From: Synergistales bacterium
Lineage (GTDB): Bacteria; Synergistota; Synergistia; Synergistales; JAFGMB01
Reading direction: 5' to 3'
DNA: 64,000 nucleotides
Assembly: GCA_963666205.1 (NCBI GenBank)
Contig: OY762654.1
Coordinates: forward strand, 2,528,001-2,592,000
Part shown: positions 29,004 through 38,405 of the stretch, in pieces
Layout of the letters: each line of letters begins with the position of its first letter
Position numbering within the stretch: the stretch's first letter is position 1
The notes under the pieces: model-generated
Seen by the model: only the letters and a program-made list of their open reading frames with translations
Told to the model about the DNA's origin: nothing
Database searches by the model: none
Program-made: the position numbers and the translations under genes

Positions 29004-30047
29004 GTGAAAGTGATTATTCGGAATAGGTCTGATCATAGACTGCCACAGGAGGGCGATAAACTCCTTATCGTTAAATATAGTGCTCTGGGGGATGTTGTCG
29101 GGGCTACTTCTGTCGCCAGATGTCTTAAGCATCACTACCCCTTCCTCCATATATCATGGCTTGTTAATGGGGAAAATGCAGAGCTCATTAAAGATCAGCC
29201 CTTTATCGATGAACTGGTCATCTGGTCCAGGTCATGCGGGATAAAGAGCTTTCTCAGTTTGTTAAGAGATGTAAGAACAAGAGAGTACGATTGGCTGCTG
29301 GATCTGCAGTGGGTTGACAGAAGTTCTCTTATATCCCTTCTATCCTGTGCCGGTTTTAAAGTCGGATATCATAAAAGTCTTAAAAAGATATATGACTGGA
29401 CTCCTGGAAAAGAATGGGCGGATAATAAACCTCTTCTTCAGAGACAGGCCGTCGTTGCTGCTGGCCTTGGAGTGAATGACTGTCATCTCTTTCCTCCAGC
29501 CCTGAGGATCCCTGAGCCTGAAAAAAAATCAGCAGATATCCTTATTGGTCATTCAGGAGAACCCAGAGTAATGGCCATAATAGGTGCGAGCAAAGAAATA
29601 AAAACCTGGCCTATGAAAAACTGGCTGGATTTTCTGAACAAAATAGTAGAAATTGGTTGGATCCCTGTTATAGTGGGGCATCTGCAAAGAGAAATGGATA
29701 TGGCAGATGAATTAGAGAAAGCCTTGAATACGGAAAAAATCGTCAATATGACCGGAAAACTCACACTCCGGGAACTGGCATCTGTTGTTTCCTGTTGCGA
29801 TCTTGTCGTGGGGGGAGATAGCGGTCCTACCCATATCGCAAATGCAATTGGTATTCCTACAGTTGCAATATTCGGACCGACATGTCCTGAAACGGTCTTT
29901 CCTAAAGGTCCAAAGACTTTCATCTTAAAGGCTAAATGTCCTGATCAGGGTTGTAACAACTGGAATTGTACAGATTATGCAGGATGTCTTGGAAGTGTCA
30001 GTGCGGAAGAAGTACTGGAACTTTTGAACCTGAAAGGAATTATCTGA
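29004..30047 (+). CDS. Glycosyltransferase family 9 (heptosyltransferase-like)
   Basis: SALGDV, DLQ, KTWP and DSGPTHIA..PTVAIFGPT. Confidence 0.92.
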   Translation: MKVIIRNRSDHRLPQEGDKLLIVKYSALGDVVGATSVARCLKHHYPFLHISWLVNGENAELIKDQPFIDELVIWSRSCGIKSFLSLLRDVRTREYDWLLDLQWVDRSSLISLLSCAGFKVGYHKSLKKIYDWTPGKEWADNKPLLQRQAVVAAGLGVNDCHLFPPALRIPEPEKKSADILIGHSGEPRVMAIIGASKEIKTWPMKNWLDFLNKIVEIGWIPVIVGHLQREMDMADELEKALNTEKIVNMTGKLTLRELASVVSCCDLVVGGDSGPTHIANAIGIPTVAIFGPTCPETVFPKGPKTFILKAKCPDQGCNNWNCTDYAGCLGSVSAEEVLELLNLKGII

Positions 30048-30386
30048 GTCCATGAATAGGTTGGGACTTTTAATATAGCTTGATAGGAAAATGTATCATA
30101 GGGTAGAGGATATCTCCATGACTGTGAAGAAGTGGCCTGGTTATAATGTTCACCTTTATTTCTTTCTGAGAGTATTGTTCAATTGAAAATAACCTTTATA
30201 CATGATAATTTTTTTCTGGAAACTGAATGAATTTACAGATAGCTATCCTGGATATGGATCAGAAGGCAATGTTTCCGCATCTATCACTATATATGCTGTT
30301 CTTATGCGCCCTACAGGTTTATCTTTACTCCATGGTTAAACAGGTTGTCAGTAAGTTATTCCCTTTAAAGAATTATATAAGGTAGA

Positions 30387-31454
30387 TTGACTGTTCCTGT
30401 TTCAAAAGAACTGGAGGAAATTATTGTGAGGATTGACAGGAAAAGGGTACGAAAGGTTCTTATAATTGGATTATCATGCCTTGGAGATATGCTCCTTACT
30501 ACGGCAGCCCTGTGGAACCTCAGACTTTACCTTGGGGAAGATGCGTATTTTACCCTTTGGGTTCCTCCCAGGGCTATCCCTGCAGTAAAAGGAGACCCTT
30601 TATGGGATGCCGTAGAACCCTACGACAGGGGGGGAGAATATTCAGGCTTTATGGGCAGGATAAGGGCAATTCAAAAGATCCGGCAAGGGAAATACGACCT
30701 CATCCTTGACCTTAGGGCAACCCTGCTTCCTTTATTCAGCGGAGCCAGGTATGCACCTCTTTGGGGGCTCAGAGAGGTCTTTCTCCCCAAATCCATTCAC
30801 GAAGCTGAGCGCAACCTTTATGTTATCGGGAAATTGGGTGTTCCACTGGTACAGAGAAATCTGAGGTTTTTTATATCGGATGAAGTTCAGAATGACATCT
30901 GTAAAAATTATCCCCAACTGAGAAATAGACAAAGAGAAGCTCCCTTCATTGTATTTAATCCTGGAGGAAACAGCGGATATCCATCCAAATGCTGGCCTGT
31001 CAAGTCATTCGCAGAGCTGGGAAATATCCTCGTAAAAAGGTACAATGCCTTAATAGGTGTAATAGGTTATTCCAGCACCGAAGAAAAGACCGCGAGGGAG
31101 ATACTGGATGAACTGCCTGAAAAGAGCCGGCTGGATCTTGCAGGACAGCAGACAGACTTTCAACGGCTTTCTGCAATTCTTGGGTCTGCTGACCTTTTTG
31201 TAACCAATGATACTGGAACAATACATCTTGCGAGCGCAGTAGGTGTACCAACTGTCGGACTCTACGGCCCGTCACGGCCGGAGAGATATGGCCCATGGGG
31301 AAACCGGCACAGGATAGTTATTCCGGACCTTCCCTGTGCCCCCTGCAGGGGTAGAGGATGCATATCGGGTATTGAGGATTGCATGAGCCATATATCCGTA
31401 AACATGGTTTTTTCTTCCTGTAAGGAACTGTTACAAGATTTTTATCAGACATAA
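30387..31454 (+). CDS. Glycosyltransferase family 9 (heptosyltransferase-like)
   Basis: CLGDM, KCWP and NDTGTIHLA..PTVGLYGP. Confidence 0.92.
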   Translation: MTVPVSKELEEIIVRIDRKRVRKVLIIGLSCLGDMLLTTAALWNLRLYLGEDAYFTLWVPPRAIPAVKGDPLWDAVEPYDRGGEYSGFMGRIRAIQKIRQGKYDLILDLRATLLPLFSGARYAPLWGLREVFLPKSIHEAERNLYVIGKLGVPLVQRNLRFFISDEVQNDICKNYPQLRNRQREAPFIVFNPGGNSGYPSKCWPVKSFAELGNILVKRYNALIGVIGYSSTEEKTAREILDELPEKSRLDLAGQQTDFQRLSAILGSADLFVTNDTGTIHLASAVGVPTVGLYGPSRPERYGPWGNRHRIVIPDLPCAPCRGRGCISGIEDCMSHISVNMVFSSCKELLQDFYQT

Positions 31455-31473
31455 GATCCGGGAGGTACAGGGA

Positions 31474-32427
31474 ATGTATATAGTTACAGGTGGAATGGGG
31501 TTTATTGGCAGTAACATTGTCAAAGAACTGAATAACAGAGGTATCGATGATATTCTCGTGGTAGATAATGCCGGATCAGGGGATAAATTCCTTAATCTCT
31601 GCGATCTACAGATAGCAGATTATATGGACAGGGAAGAATTCCGCTATCAGCTGGAGAATGACCTTTTCAGCTATGGAGTGGATGCCATTTTTCACCAGGG
31701 TGCCTGTGCTGTTACTACTGAACGTAATGGTAACTATATGCTGGAAAACAACTTTACATTTTCAAAGGTCCTCTTTGATTTCTCAATACAGATGAAGATA
31801 CCCTTCATATATGCCTCCAGTGCTGCTGTTTATGGTAACAATACCGTTTTCGTGGAAGAGCCGGTCAATGAAAACCCGATAAATGTCTACGGTTATTCAA
31901 AACTTCTTTTTGATCAGTATGTCAGGAAAAACCTTTATCGTGCCGAATCAACCGTGGCAGGCCTCAGATATTTCAATGTGTTCGGTCCGGGAGAATACCA
32001 CAAGGGATCAATGGCCTCCATGATCTATCATTGTTACAGACAACTCAAAGACAGGGGGGAGATTCTGCTTTTTGAAGGCACAGGTGGTTTCGCAGATGGA
32101 GAACAGAAGAGAGACTTCATCTCTGTAGAGGATGTGGTGAAGGTCAACCTGTTTTTTGCATCCCAGCCTCTGGTAAAGGGTGTCTTTAACGTGGGGACAG
32201 GAAAGAGCAGAAGTTTCAATGATATAGCAGAAAACTTGATATCGTTAATGGGTAAAGGACATGTTCGCTATATTCCCATACCTGATTCAATAAAAGGCCG
32301 TTATCAGAGTTTCACGGAAGCTGATGTTGATTCTCTGCGAGGGCAGGGCTACAGGGATGAATTTTTAAGCCTTGAGGATGGCATCAAGAAATATTACCAT
32401 TGCCTGGTGGAAAGGGAACGATCCTGA
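31474..32427 (+). CDS. hldD: ADP-L-glycero-D-manno-heptose 6-epimerase
   Basis: VTGGMGFIGSN, FHQGAC, YASSAAVYG, YGYSK and EYHKGSMAS. Confidence 0.96.
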   Translation: MYIVTGGMGFIGSNIVKELNNRGIDDILVVDNAGSGDKFLNLCDLQIADYMDREEFRYQLENDLFSYGVDAIFHQGACAVTTERNGNYMLENNFTFSKVLFDFSIQMKIPFIYASSAAVYGNNTVFVEEPVNENPINVYGYSKLLFDQYVRKNLYRAESTVAGLRYFNVFGPGEYHKGSMASMIYHCYRQLKDRGEILLFEGTGGFADGEQKRDFISVEDVVKVNLFFASQPLVKGVFNVGTGKSRSFNDIAENLISLMGKGHVRYIPIPDSIKGRYQSFTEADVDSLRGQGYRDEFLSLEDGIKKYYHCLVERERS

Positions 32428-33053
32428 TGTCGGAACAGGGCAATGTTTTTCCTGATGATATGATTTCAAGAGAAAAATGGATTACTGATACCATTTCCCG
32501 GCATCTGCTGGTTATAGAACAGCTTAATCACATTGTTCCTGAAATTGAAAATATAGTGCAGAGAATAGTGGATTCCTTATTAAAGGGAGGCAAGGTGATC
32601 TGGATGGGTAATGGCGGAAGTGCAGCAGACAGCCAGCATCTTGCAGCGGAACTTGTAGGAAGGTTCAAAAGGGATCGGCAGCCGATTCCATCACTTGCTT
32701 TGACATCAAACATGTCTATCCTGACTGCTGTGGCCAATGATATGGGCTATGATTCGATCTTCTCACGCCAGATAGGTGCCCTTTGCAGCAACGGAGATAT
32801 AGTGATAGGCATCTCCACAAGCGGGGAAAGTCCTAATGTTTTAGAGGGTATCAGGAAAGCATCATCCATGGGGGCCTGCTGCATAGGATTTACGGGAAAA
32901 GATGGCGGTATCCTCAAAGACATTGTAGATGAGTGTATTCTCATCCCTTCCGATGATACTGCCCGCATACAGGAGGCCCACATTCTTGTAGGACATATCA
33001 TCTGTGATCTTGTAGAGGGGGAGATCAGCAGGGATCATGAAAGTTCAATTTAA
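32427..33053 (+). CDS. gmhA: Phosphoheptose isomerase
   Basis: GNGGSAADSQH, STSGES and RIQEAH. Confidence 0.96.
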   Translation: MSEQGNVFPDDMISREKWITDTISRHLLVIEQLNHIVPEIENIVQRIVDSLLKGGKVIWMGNGGSAADSQHLAAELVGRFKRDRQPIPSLALTSNMSILTAVANDMGYDSIFSRQIGALCSNGDIVIGISTSGESPNVLEGIRKASSMGACCIGFTGKDGGILKDIVDECILIPSDDTARIQEAHILVGHIICDLVEGEISRDHESSI

Positions 33054-34524
33054 AGAACCGGATAAAGTCATAAGATCGGTGCGGTCCCTTTTTCAGGATA
33101 CAAGGATCTTAGTAGCTGGAGATATAATGCTGGACAGATATCTCTGGGGTAACGTGGAAAGAATATCCCCGGAAGCTCCGGTTCCTGTGGTTAAACTCTA
33201 CAGGAGATCGTACATGCCTGGAGGAGCTGCGAATGTAGCCCTGAACCTTTCTTCACTTGGTTTTCAGGTGGATCTGGCAGGTTTTGTCGGAAATGACCGG
33301 GAAGGCACTATCCTTATATCGGAATTGGTCAACAGGGGAGTCAATGTAGAGAATGTTATCAGTCTTTCAGAAAGGCCTACAATAACAAAAACAAGAGTGA
33401 TCGGCGGGCACCAGCAGATGGTCAGGGTAGATGAGGAGGATCTTTCTCCATATGATCATTCGCACATTCAAAAACTGATTACTGATCTGGAGTCCTGTAT
33501 GGAAAACAGACCTGGAGCGGTTATACTTTCAGACTACGGAAAAGGAGTAGTCATCCCAGATCTGAGTCAGGGGGTCATTTCCAGGTGTAGAAACTCCGGC
33601 ATCCCCGTCCTGGTGGATCCCAAGGGGGCAGACTTCAGTAAATACAAGGGTGCAAGTGCAATAACTCCGAACATGAAAGAGCTTTCTGGTGCAGTTACAG
33701 TCAGCCTGGACAGCATTGATCGCATAATAGATTCAGGCAATATTCTTATGAGGGAACTTGGTTTCGATTTTCTGGTTGTTACAAGAGGAGAAAAGGGAAT
33801 GATCCTTCTGGAGGAAAAAAGTTCCCTTGAAATACCTACCCAGGCGAAGGACGTCTTCGATGTTTCCGGTGCAGGAGATACCGTGATAGCTACCCTTGCA
33901 GGGGCTCTTGCCTGTGGGCTTTCCCGGGAGGATTCAGTACGTCTTTCTAACCTGGCTGCCGGTATCGTAGTAGGAAAAGTCGGTACTGCCCCTGTAGAAA
34001 AAGCAGAGCTTCTGGAAGCTCTCTCAAGGGAAGAAGAACTCCCATTGCAGGGAAAGATCTACCTTCACCTTTCCAGCCTTCTTTTGAAGATGGAAAGGTG
34101 GAGAGATGAGGGTAAAACAATAGCTTTTACAAATGGATGCTTCGACATCATCCACTCCGGTCACATAACGTATCTCGAAAGATCGGGGCAGGAATGTGAC
34201 CGTCTTATAGTAGGGGTTAATTCCGATGACTCGGTCAGGAGGTTGAAAGGATCAACCCGGCCTGTCAATTCCCAGGAAGACAGGATGTCTGTTCTGGCAG
34301 CTCTTTCCTGTGTCGATGCCGTGGTTCTTTTTGAAGAGGATACCCCCCTGGATCTTATAGAAGCCATCCGACCTGATGTTATCATAAAGGGGGACGATTA
34401 TACTGAAGAGCAGGTGATCGGTGCTACTCAGGTAAGATCCTGGGGCGGCCGCGTCGTACTGGTGCCGGTTCTTCATGGCAGAAGTACCACAGGGATTATC
34501 GAGAGGATCCGGAATGCTGAATGA
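33037..34524 (+). CDS. hldE: Bifunctional heptose-7-P kinase / heptose-1-P adenylyltransferase
   Basis: RISPEAPVPV, SDYGKG and DVSGAGDT kinase domain plus TNGCFDIIHSGH domain. Confidence 0.97.
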   Translation: MKVQFKEPDKVIRSVRSLFQDTRILVAGDIMLDRYLWGNVERISPEAPVPVVKLYRRSYMPGGAANVALNLSSLGFQVDLAGFVGNDREGTILISELVNRGVNVENVISLSERPTITKTRVIGGHQQMVRVDEEDLSPYDHSHIQKLITDLESCMENRPGAVILSDYGKGVVIPDLSQGVISRCRNSGIPVLVDPKGADFSKYKGASAITPNMKELSGAVTVSLDSIDRIIDSGNILMRELGFDFLVVTRGEKGMILLEEKSSLEIPTQAKDVFDVSGAGDTVIATLAGALACGLSREDSVRLSNLAAGIVVGKVGTAPVEKAELLEALSREEELPLQGKIYLHLSSLLLKMERWRDEGKTIAFTNGCFDIIHSGHITYLERSGQECDRLIVGVNSDDSVRRLKGSTRPVNSQEDRMSVLAALSCVDAVVLFEEDTPLDLIEAIRPDVIIKGDDYTEEQVIGATQVRSWGGRVVLVPVLHGRSTTGIIERIRNAE

Positions 34525-34576
34525 ATTTATCTCTGAAAAACAGCATATCTTGTCCATTCATAATCAGAAAGCATAA

Positions 34577-35641
34577 ATGCCTTTTTTAATACTTAACCAT
34601 AATTTCTCTACTGGAGTTTCCAGTCAGTTCAAAGATACTATCCGGACCTATCTTGAAAAGGAGGGCTATTCTCCTGCGGCCTTCTCTGGTTGTGAAGGGA
34701 TAACACCTCATAGGCTTGAGAAAATACCCCTTCTTTCGACATCTGGATTCTGTGATGAGGATGAGTATATTCTTTTTGACAGCAGGAGCATTTTTGATAT
34801 TGATCTGGATCTTTTTATAACAACCTGCCGTGTCCTTGAAGGAGAATTTGTATCAGCCCTAAGGTATACAGATGAGATCAAGGAAAAAGTATTATATGGA
34901 GTGGATGATAGATTCTCCCTTTACAGAATAGATTTTAACAGAGACCAGTATATTGATGGATACGAAGCTGGAGGTATATATTACTTCAAGGGTCAATTAT
35001 GGGACCGCTTTTTAACCTCTATTGATGCTTCGGGAGGTCCCAATATTATTTTAGACCCTGTACGGACTTTTGAGGATATTCCGTTTTCCCGGAGAATTAT
35101 CAGAGGGTTACCCATGGGGGGGCATTACCGGACTGCTATACAGCATGCTCAGGTAACATCAGGATCCTCAAAGGGCCGATCCGAAGAGAAGAGGGTTCCG
35201 GCTCTGTTCCTTGACAGGGACGGGGTGATCATCGAGGATACGGGATATGTACATGGGACTGAACTGAAGTTCATCGAACGGATATTTCCCCTGATCGAAA
35301 GGGCCAATAAGCATGGGGACCCTGTAATAGTTGTTACGAACCAGTCCGGAGTGGCAAGGGGATATTTTACCGAGACAGATGTGGCGGATACCCATTCCTT
35401 TATCAGGAAATACCTGGATGCCATTGGTCTGAGGATCGATGGATTCTATTGCTGTCCATTCCATCCTGAAGGAATTGGAGAATATAGTGGGAAGAGATCA
35501 TTCTGCCGGAAGCCTGAGCCTGGCATGATCCTAAGGGCCTGTGAAGATTTCAGCATAGATCTTTCAAGGTCTTTAATGGTGGGAGACATGGAGAGGGACA
35601 GGATAAAACTGCCTTACCTCGATTTTCGTATCTTTGGCTGA
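34577..35641 (+). CDS. gmhB: Heptose-1,7-bisphosphate phosphatase with extra N-terminal domain
   Basis: C-terminal FLDRDGVI, VTNQSGVARG, CPFHP, RKPEPGM and MVGD; start uncertain. Confidence 0.85.
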   Translation: MPFLILNHNFSTGVSSQFKDTIRTYLEKEGYSPAAFSGCEGITPHRLEKIPLLSTSGFCDEDEYILFDSRSIFDIDLDLFITTCRVLEGEFVSALRYTDEIKEKVLYGVDDRFSLYRIDFNRDQYIDGYEAGGIYYFKGQLWDRFLTSIDASGGPNIILDPVRTFEDIPFSRRIIRGLPMGGHYRTAIQHAQVTSGSSKGRSEEKRVPALFLDRDGVIIEDTGYVHGTELKFIERIFPLIERANKHGDPVIVVTNQSGVARGYFTETDVADTHSFIRKYLDAIGLRIDGFYCCPFHPEGIGEYSGKRSFCRKPEPGMILRACEDFSIDLSRSLMVGDMERDRIKLPYLDFRIFG

Positions 35642-35806
35642 GGCTGGATATCAAACTGTATCCTCATAAATAATCCGGGTAATATCAAGGTCAGAGAGTA
35701 CAAATGGGTCTGAAGCCCTATTGAATTGTGCACTTTCTCGGGATAACATAGCCATGGTTTATATTTTTCTGATCCTTGACAGTTTAACTTGGTTAAATTG
35801 CTTTTT

Positions 35807-36009
35807 ACATCCGTGAAGAGACCTGAAGGCAGGAAAGGAGGTGCCGACGACCCCCAGCCAACAAGGAAGAGCGGATGTTGAAGACGGACCGATATCACCA
35901 TAAGGAGAGGGATGGAATTTCAAAGGAAACGAGGAAACTTTGGAAAACCCCCGATCCAGGCAGATAAAGGCCGTATAAATACAGACAACCAAGGGGGTTG
36001 CATTTAATA
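35807..36009 (+). promoter_or_regulatory. Candidate structured 5' leader of the SLH-porin gene
   Basis: Several pairings (acatccg/cggatgt; cctg/cagg; tttcaaag/ctttggaa; caacc/ggttg over the SD). Confidence 0.5.
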
Positions 36010-37431
36010 ATGAAGAAATTTCTTGCACTTGTAGCAGTAGTCGCACTTGTAGCATTTGCCGCTCCGGCATTTGCAGCTAATCCTTTCATGGATGTTCCCA
36101 TGAACAGCTGGGCTTATGACGCAATCAGCCAGCTTTCCGCAGTAGGCGTAGTTTCCGGTTATCCCGATGGTACCTTCAAGGGCAACCAGCCCATGACCCG
36201 CTACGAGATGGCTTCCATCGTAGCTCGCGCTCTGGCCGTGGTAGACATGAACAAGGCCAGCAAACAGGATGTTGAGATGCTCAAGAAACTCGTTGTAGAG
36301 TTCAAGGACGAGCTTGATGCACTTGGCGTACAGGTTGACGAGCTTGACAGCCGCGTAGCAGTTCTCGAAGAGAACCTGGGCGGATGGAAGTTCTGGGGCG
36401 AGTTCCGTCTTGATGCGAAGTTTGCAGACGAGACCGATGGAGCTTACGGAGTAGGTGGAGACACCGATTTCACCCAGAGCCGTTACCGTATCTGGATGAG
36501 CAAGGTAATCGATGACAAAGTCAAGTTTATCGGCCGTGTAACAGGTCAGAGTCTTGCTTTCAGCCGTTACTACCTCGAAGTTGCCATGCCCATGGATATG
36601 ACCATGTGGGCAGGTCTGTGGTGCTATGACTGGGAAGGCGCCAATGGATTCTACAATGACAACGATGCATGGTTCGGCGATCAGGCCCTTCAGGGTTTCT
36701 ACTTCACAAAACCCTTCTCCATGGGTAATTTCTCCTTCTACGTTGCTCATAACGAAGGTGACTCTACTGATGAGTACTTCCGCTATGGCCTTGACGTAAA
36801 CTTCAACGTAGCCGAGAACTTCCGTGTCGGTATGGGTGCTCTTATGTTCGACTATGATTTCACCGATGATGGCGGCAGTGTTTACAACGTCAACTTCGGT
36901 TTCAACTTCACCGATGACATCGCCTTCAAGGGTATCTACTACATGGAAGATCAGGATGCTCCTATCGGAAACGACGACACTCCCAGCGCTTTCAGGGCAA
37001 TTGTTGACGTAAGCCAGAACGCTTTTGGCTTCACCAGTGTATGGCTTGAGTACGCTTCCGCTGATGAGGATTTCTACCTCTTTGATTTCTCCGGTTGCGA
37101 TGCTGATGGTATTGGACCCTATGACAACTACGGTGCTCCTATCACTCCTGGGCTTTCTAAAGAAGCAGACGGTGTCGAGACTGATATCCTCTTCGTGAAA
37201 CTGAACCAGAAATGGACCGACAAGTGGAGCACATTCCAGCGCTATGTTGATGTAAGCCATGATGACGGTTCTTCTGACGACCTTGATGTTACCAACTTCA
37301 CCTTTGGAGTTAAGTACTACTATACCTCCAACCTCAGCTTCGAGCTTGTTTATGACGATGTTGACTACGGTGATGACCTTCCTCTTAACGACGACAGCCT
37401 TGTCAGACTTCGTACCCACGTTTCTTTCTAG
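36010..37431 (+). CDS. SLH-domain outer membrane porin (OmpM/SlpA-like major envelope protein)
   Basis: Signal peptide, SLH NPFMDVP..WAY..GYPDGTF..MTRYEMA, coiled coil, beta-barrel ending in F; strong C-ending codon bias. Confidence 0.92.
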   Translation: MKKFLALVAVVALVAFAAPAFAANPFMDVPMNSWAYDAISQLSAVGVVSGYPDGTFKGNQPMTRYEMASIVARALAVVDMNKASKQDVEMLKKLVVEFKDELDALGVQVDELDSRVAVLEENLGGWKFWGEFRLDAKFADETDGAYGVGGDTDFTQSRYRIWMSKVIDDKVKFIGRVTGQSLAFSRYYLEVAMPMDMTMWAGLWCYDWEGANGFYNDNDAWFGDQALQGFYFTKPFSMGNFSFYVAHNEGDSTDEYFRYGLDVNFNVAENFRVGMGALMFDYDFTDDGGSVYNVNFGFNFTDDIAFKGIYYMEDQDAPIGNDDTPSAFRAIVDVSQNAFGFTSVWLEYASADEDFYLFDFSGCDADGIGPYDNYGAPITPGLSKEADGVETDILFVKLNQKWTDKWSTFQRYVDVSHDDGSSDDLDVTNFTFGVKYYYTSNLSFELVYDDVDYGDDLPLNDDSLVRLRTHVSF

Positions 37432-37463
37432 TTTAAGCTGAACCATATTTAACGCACCTTACC

Positions 37464-37500
37464 AAAGGGGCGGAGGGATTTATCCCTTCGCCCCTTTTTT
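37464..37500 (+). terminator. Intrinsic terminator
   Basis: AAAGGGGCGGAGGGA-ttta-TCCCTTCGCCCCTTTTTT. Confidence 0.92.
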
Positions 37501-37568
37501 ATTTATCCCATCCTGATGTATAATTCATGCCAGTGTTTGATAAAAAGAATATCAGGAGGCTCGGCTAA

Positions 37569-38324
37569 ATGAAGAGAAATAGAATTGCAGCATTACTCAT
37601 CTCCGCCCTTTGGGTCACGTTCTTTGCCATATCGGCAAATGCAGGTACTGAAGATATCCTGAACCGCTGGTCCAAGTCCAGACATTTCGAGAATGATCTT
37701 GGAAGCGAACTGGATATTACCGTTACCTATTACTCAAGTGAGTATATTGAAGCCCTTGTACAGAATGAAGCGGAAAAAAACCTCTGGACTGCAGATGAAG
37801 CTGAGAACTACAAGTATGAACTGCTGAAAGGACTTCAGCTGGATGAGTATGTACCAGTACATCTCGAATTTGACAGTAAAGGTCCGGCCATGCACATGGC
37901 CCCCTTCGACAGACAGATAGTGATCTGGATGGGAAATAAAAAATACACCCCTGTGGATTATGACAAGCGTTTCAATTTCAAGCTCATGGGTAAAAGGGAT
38001 GGTCTTGTCTATTTCCCCAGATTCGATGAAAAGAGCGGAAAATCTCTGCTTGAGAATGCAAAACGGGTAAAGGTAAGTATTTCGGGGAGTATAAGTTCTA
38101 CAACGGAAGGGATCGCCACTGTGGATTTCTCGTGGGATGTGGATAATGATGATCCAGCCAGGCTTTTGAAGGGTAAGGCAGCTGCCCAGCTCGAGATGGA
38201 CCGTCTTATCAAGCGGATAGAAAAGCTGAGTGGAGAGAAGTCTGTCCTTGAAGCCCAGCTTGCCGAGATCCAGGCGGAACTTGACAGGATCAACCAGAGG
38301 ATAGAAGAACTTAGAAAACAGTAG
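37569..38324 (+). CDS. Hypothetical exported protein with C-terminal coiled coil
   Basis: SD aggagg, signal peptide, heptad-rich C-terminus. Confidence 0.85.
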   Translation: MKRNRIAALLISALWVTFFAISANAGTEDILNRWSKSRHFENDLGSELDITVTYYSSEYIEALVQNEAEKNLWTADEAENYKYELLKGLQLDEYVPVHLEFDSKGPAMHMAPFDRQIVIWMGNKKYTPVDYDKRFNFKLMGKRDGLVYFPRFDEKSGKSLLENAKRVKVSISGSISSTTEGIATVDFSWDVDNDDPARLLKGKAAAQLEMDRLIKRIEKLSGEKSVLEAQLAEIQAELDRINQRIEELRKQ

Positions 38325-38345
38325 TTTCTTAGGAACCTGAAAATC

Positions 38346-38373
38346 AGGGCGGCACTGGTTGTCGCCCTTTTTT
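38346..38373 (+). terminator. Intrinsic terminator
   Basis: AGGGCGGCA-ctggt-TGTCGCCCT followed by a T-run. Confidence 0.85.
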
Positions 38374-38405
38374 AGTCACCTTTAGTCCGAAGGGGGACTT
38401 GAATA

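Noticed and set aside
30048-30386. AT-rich 340 bp gap as an IS scar or island boundary
   Set aside because: No terminal repeats, target duplication or transposase remnant seen.
35776-35800. TTGACA upstream of the porin leader as a sigma70 promoter
   Set aside because: No acceptable -10 at 16-18 bp spacing, so the promoter could not be placed. The same applies to TTGACA at 52281 before rnj.
36004-37446. 480 aa antisense ORF spanning the SLH-porin gene
   Set aside because: It mirrors the sense gene codon for codon. The strong C-ending codon bias avoids TTA/CTA/TCA, which removes antisense stops. It has no recognisable motifs.
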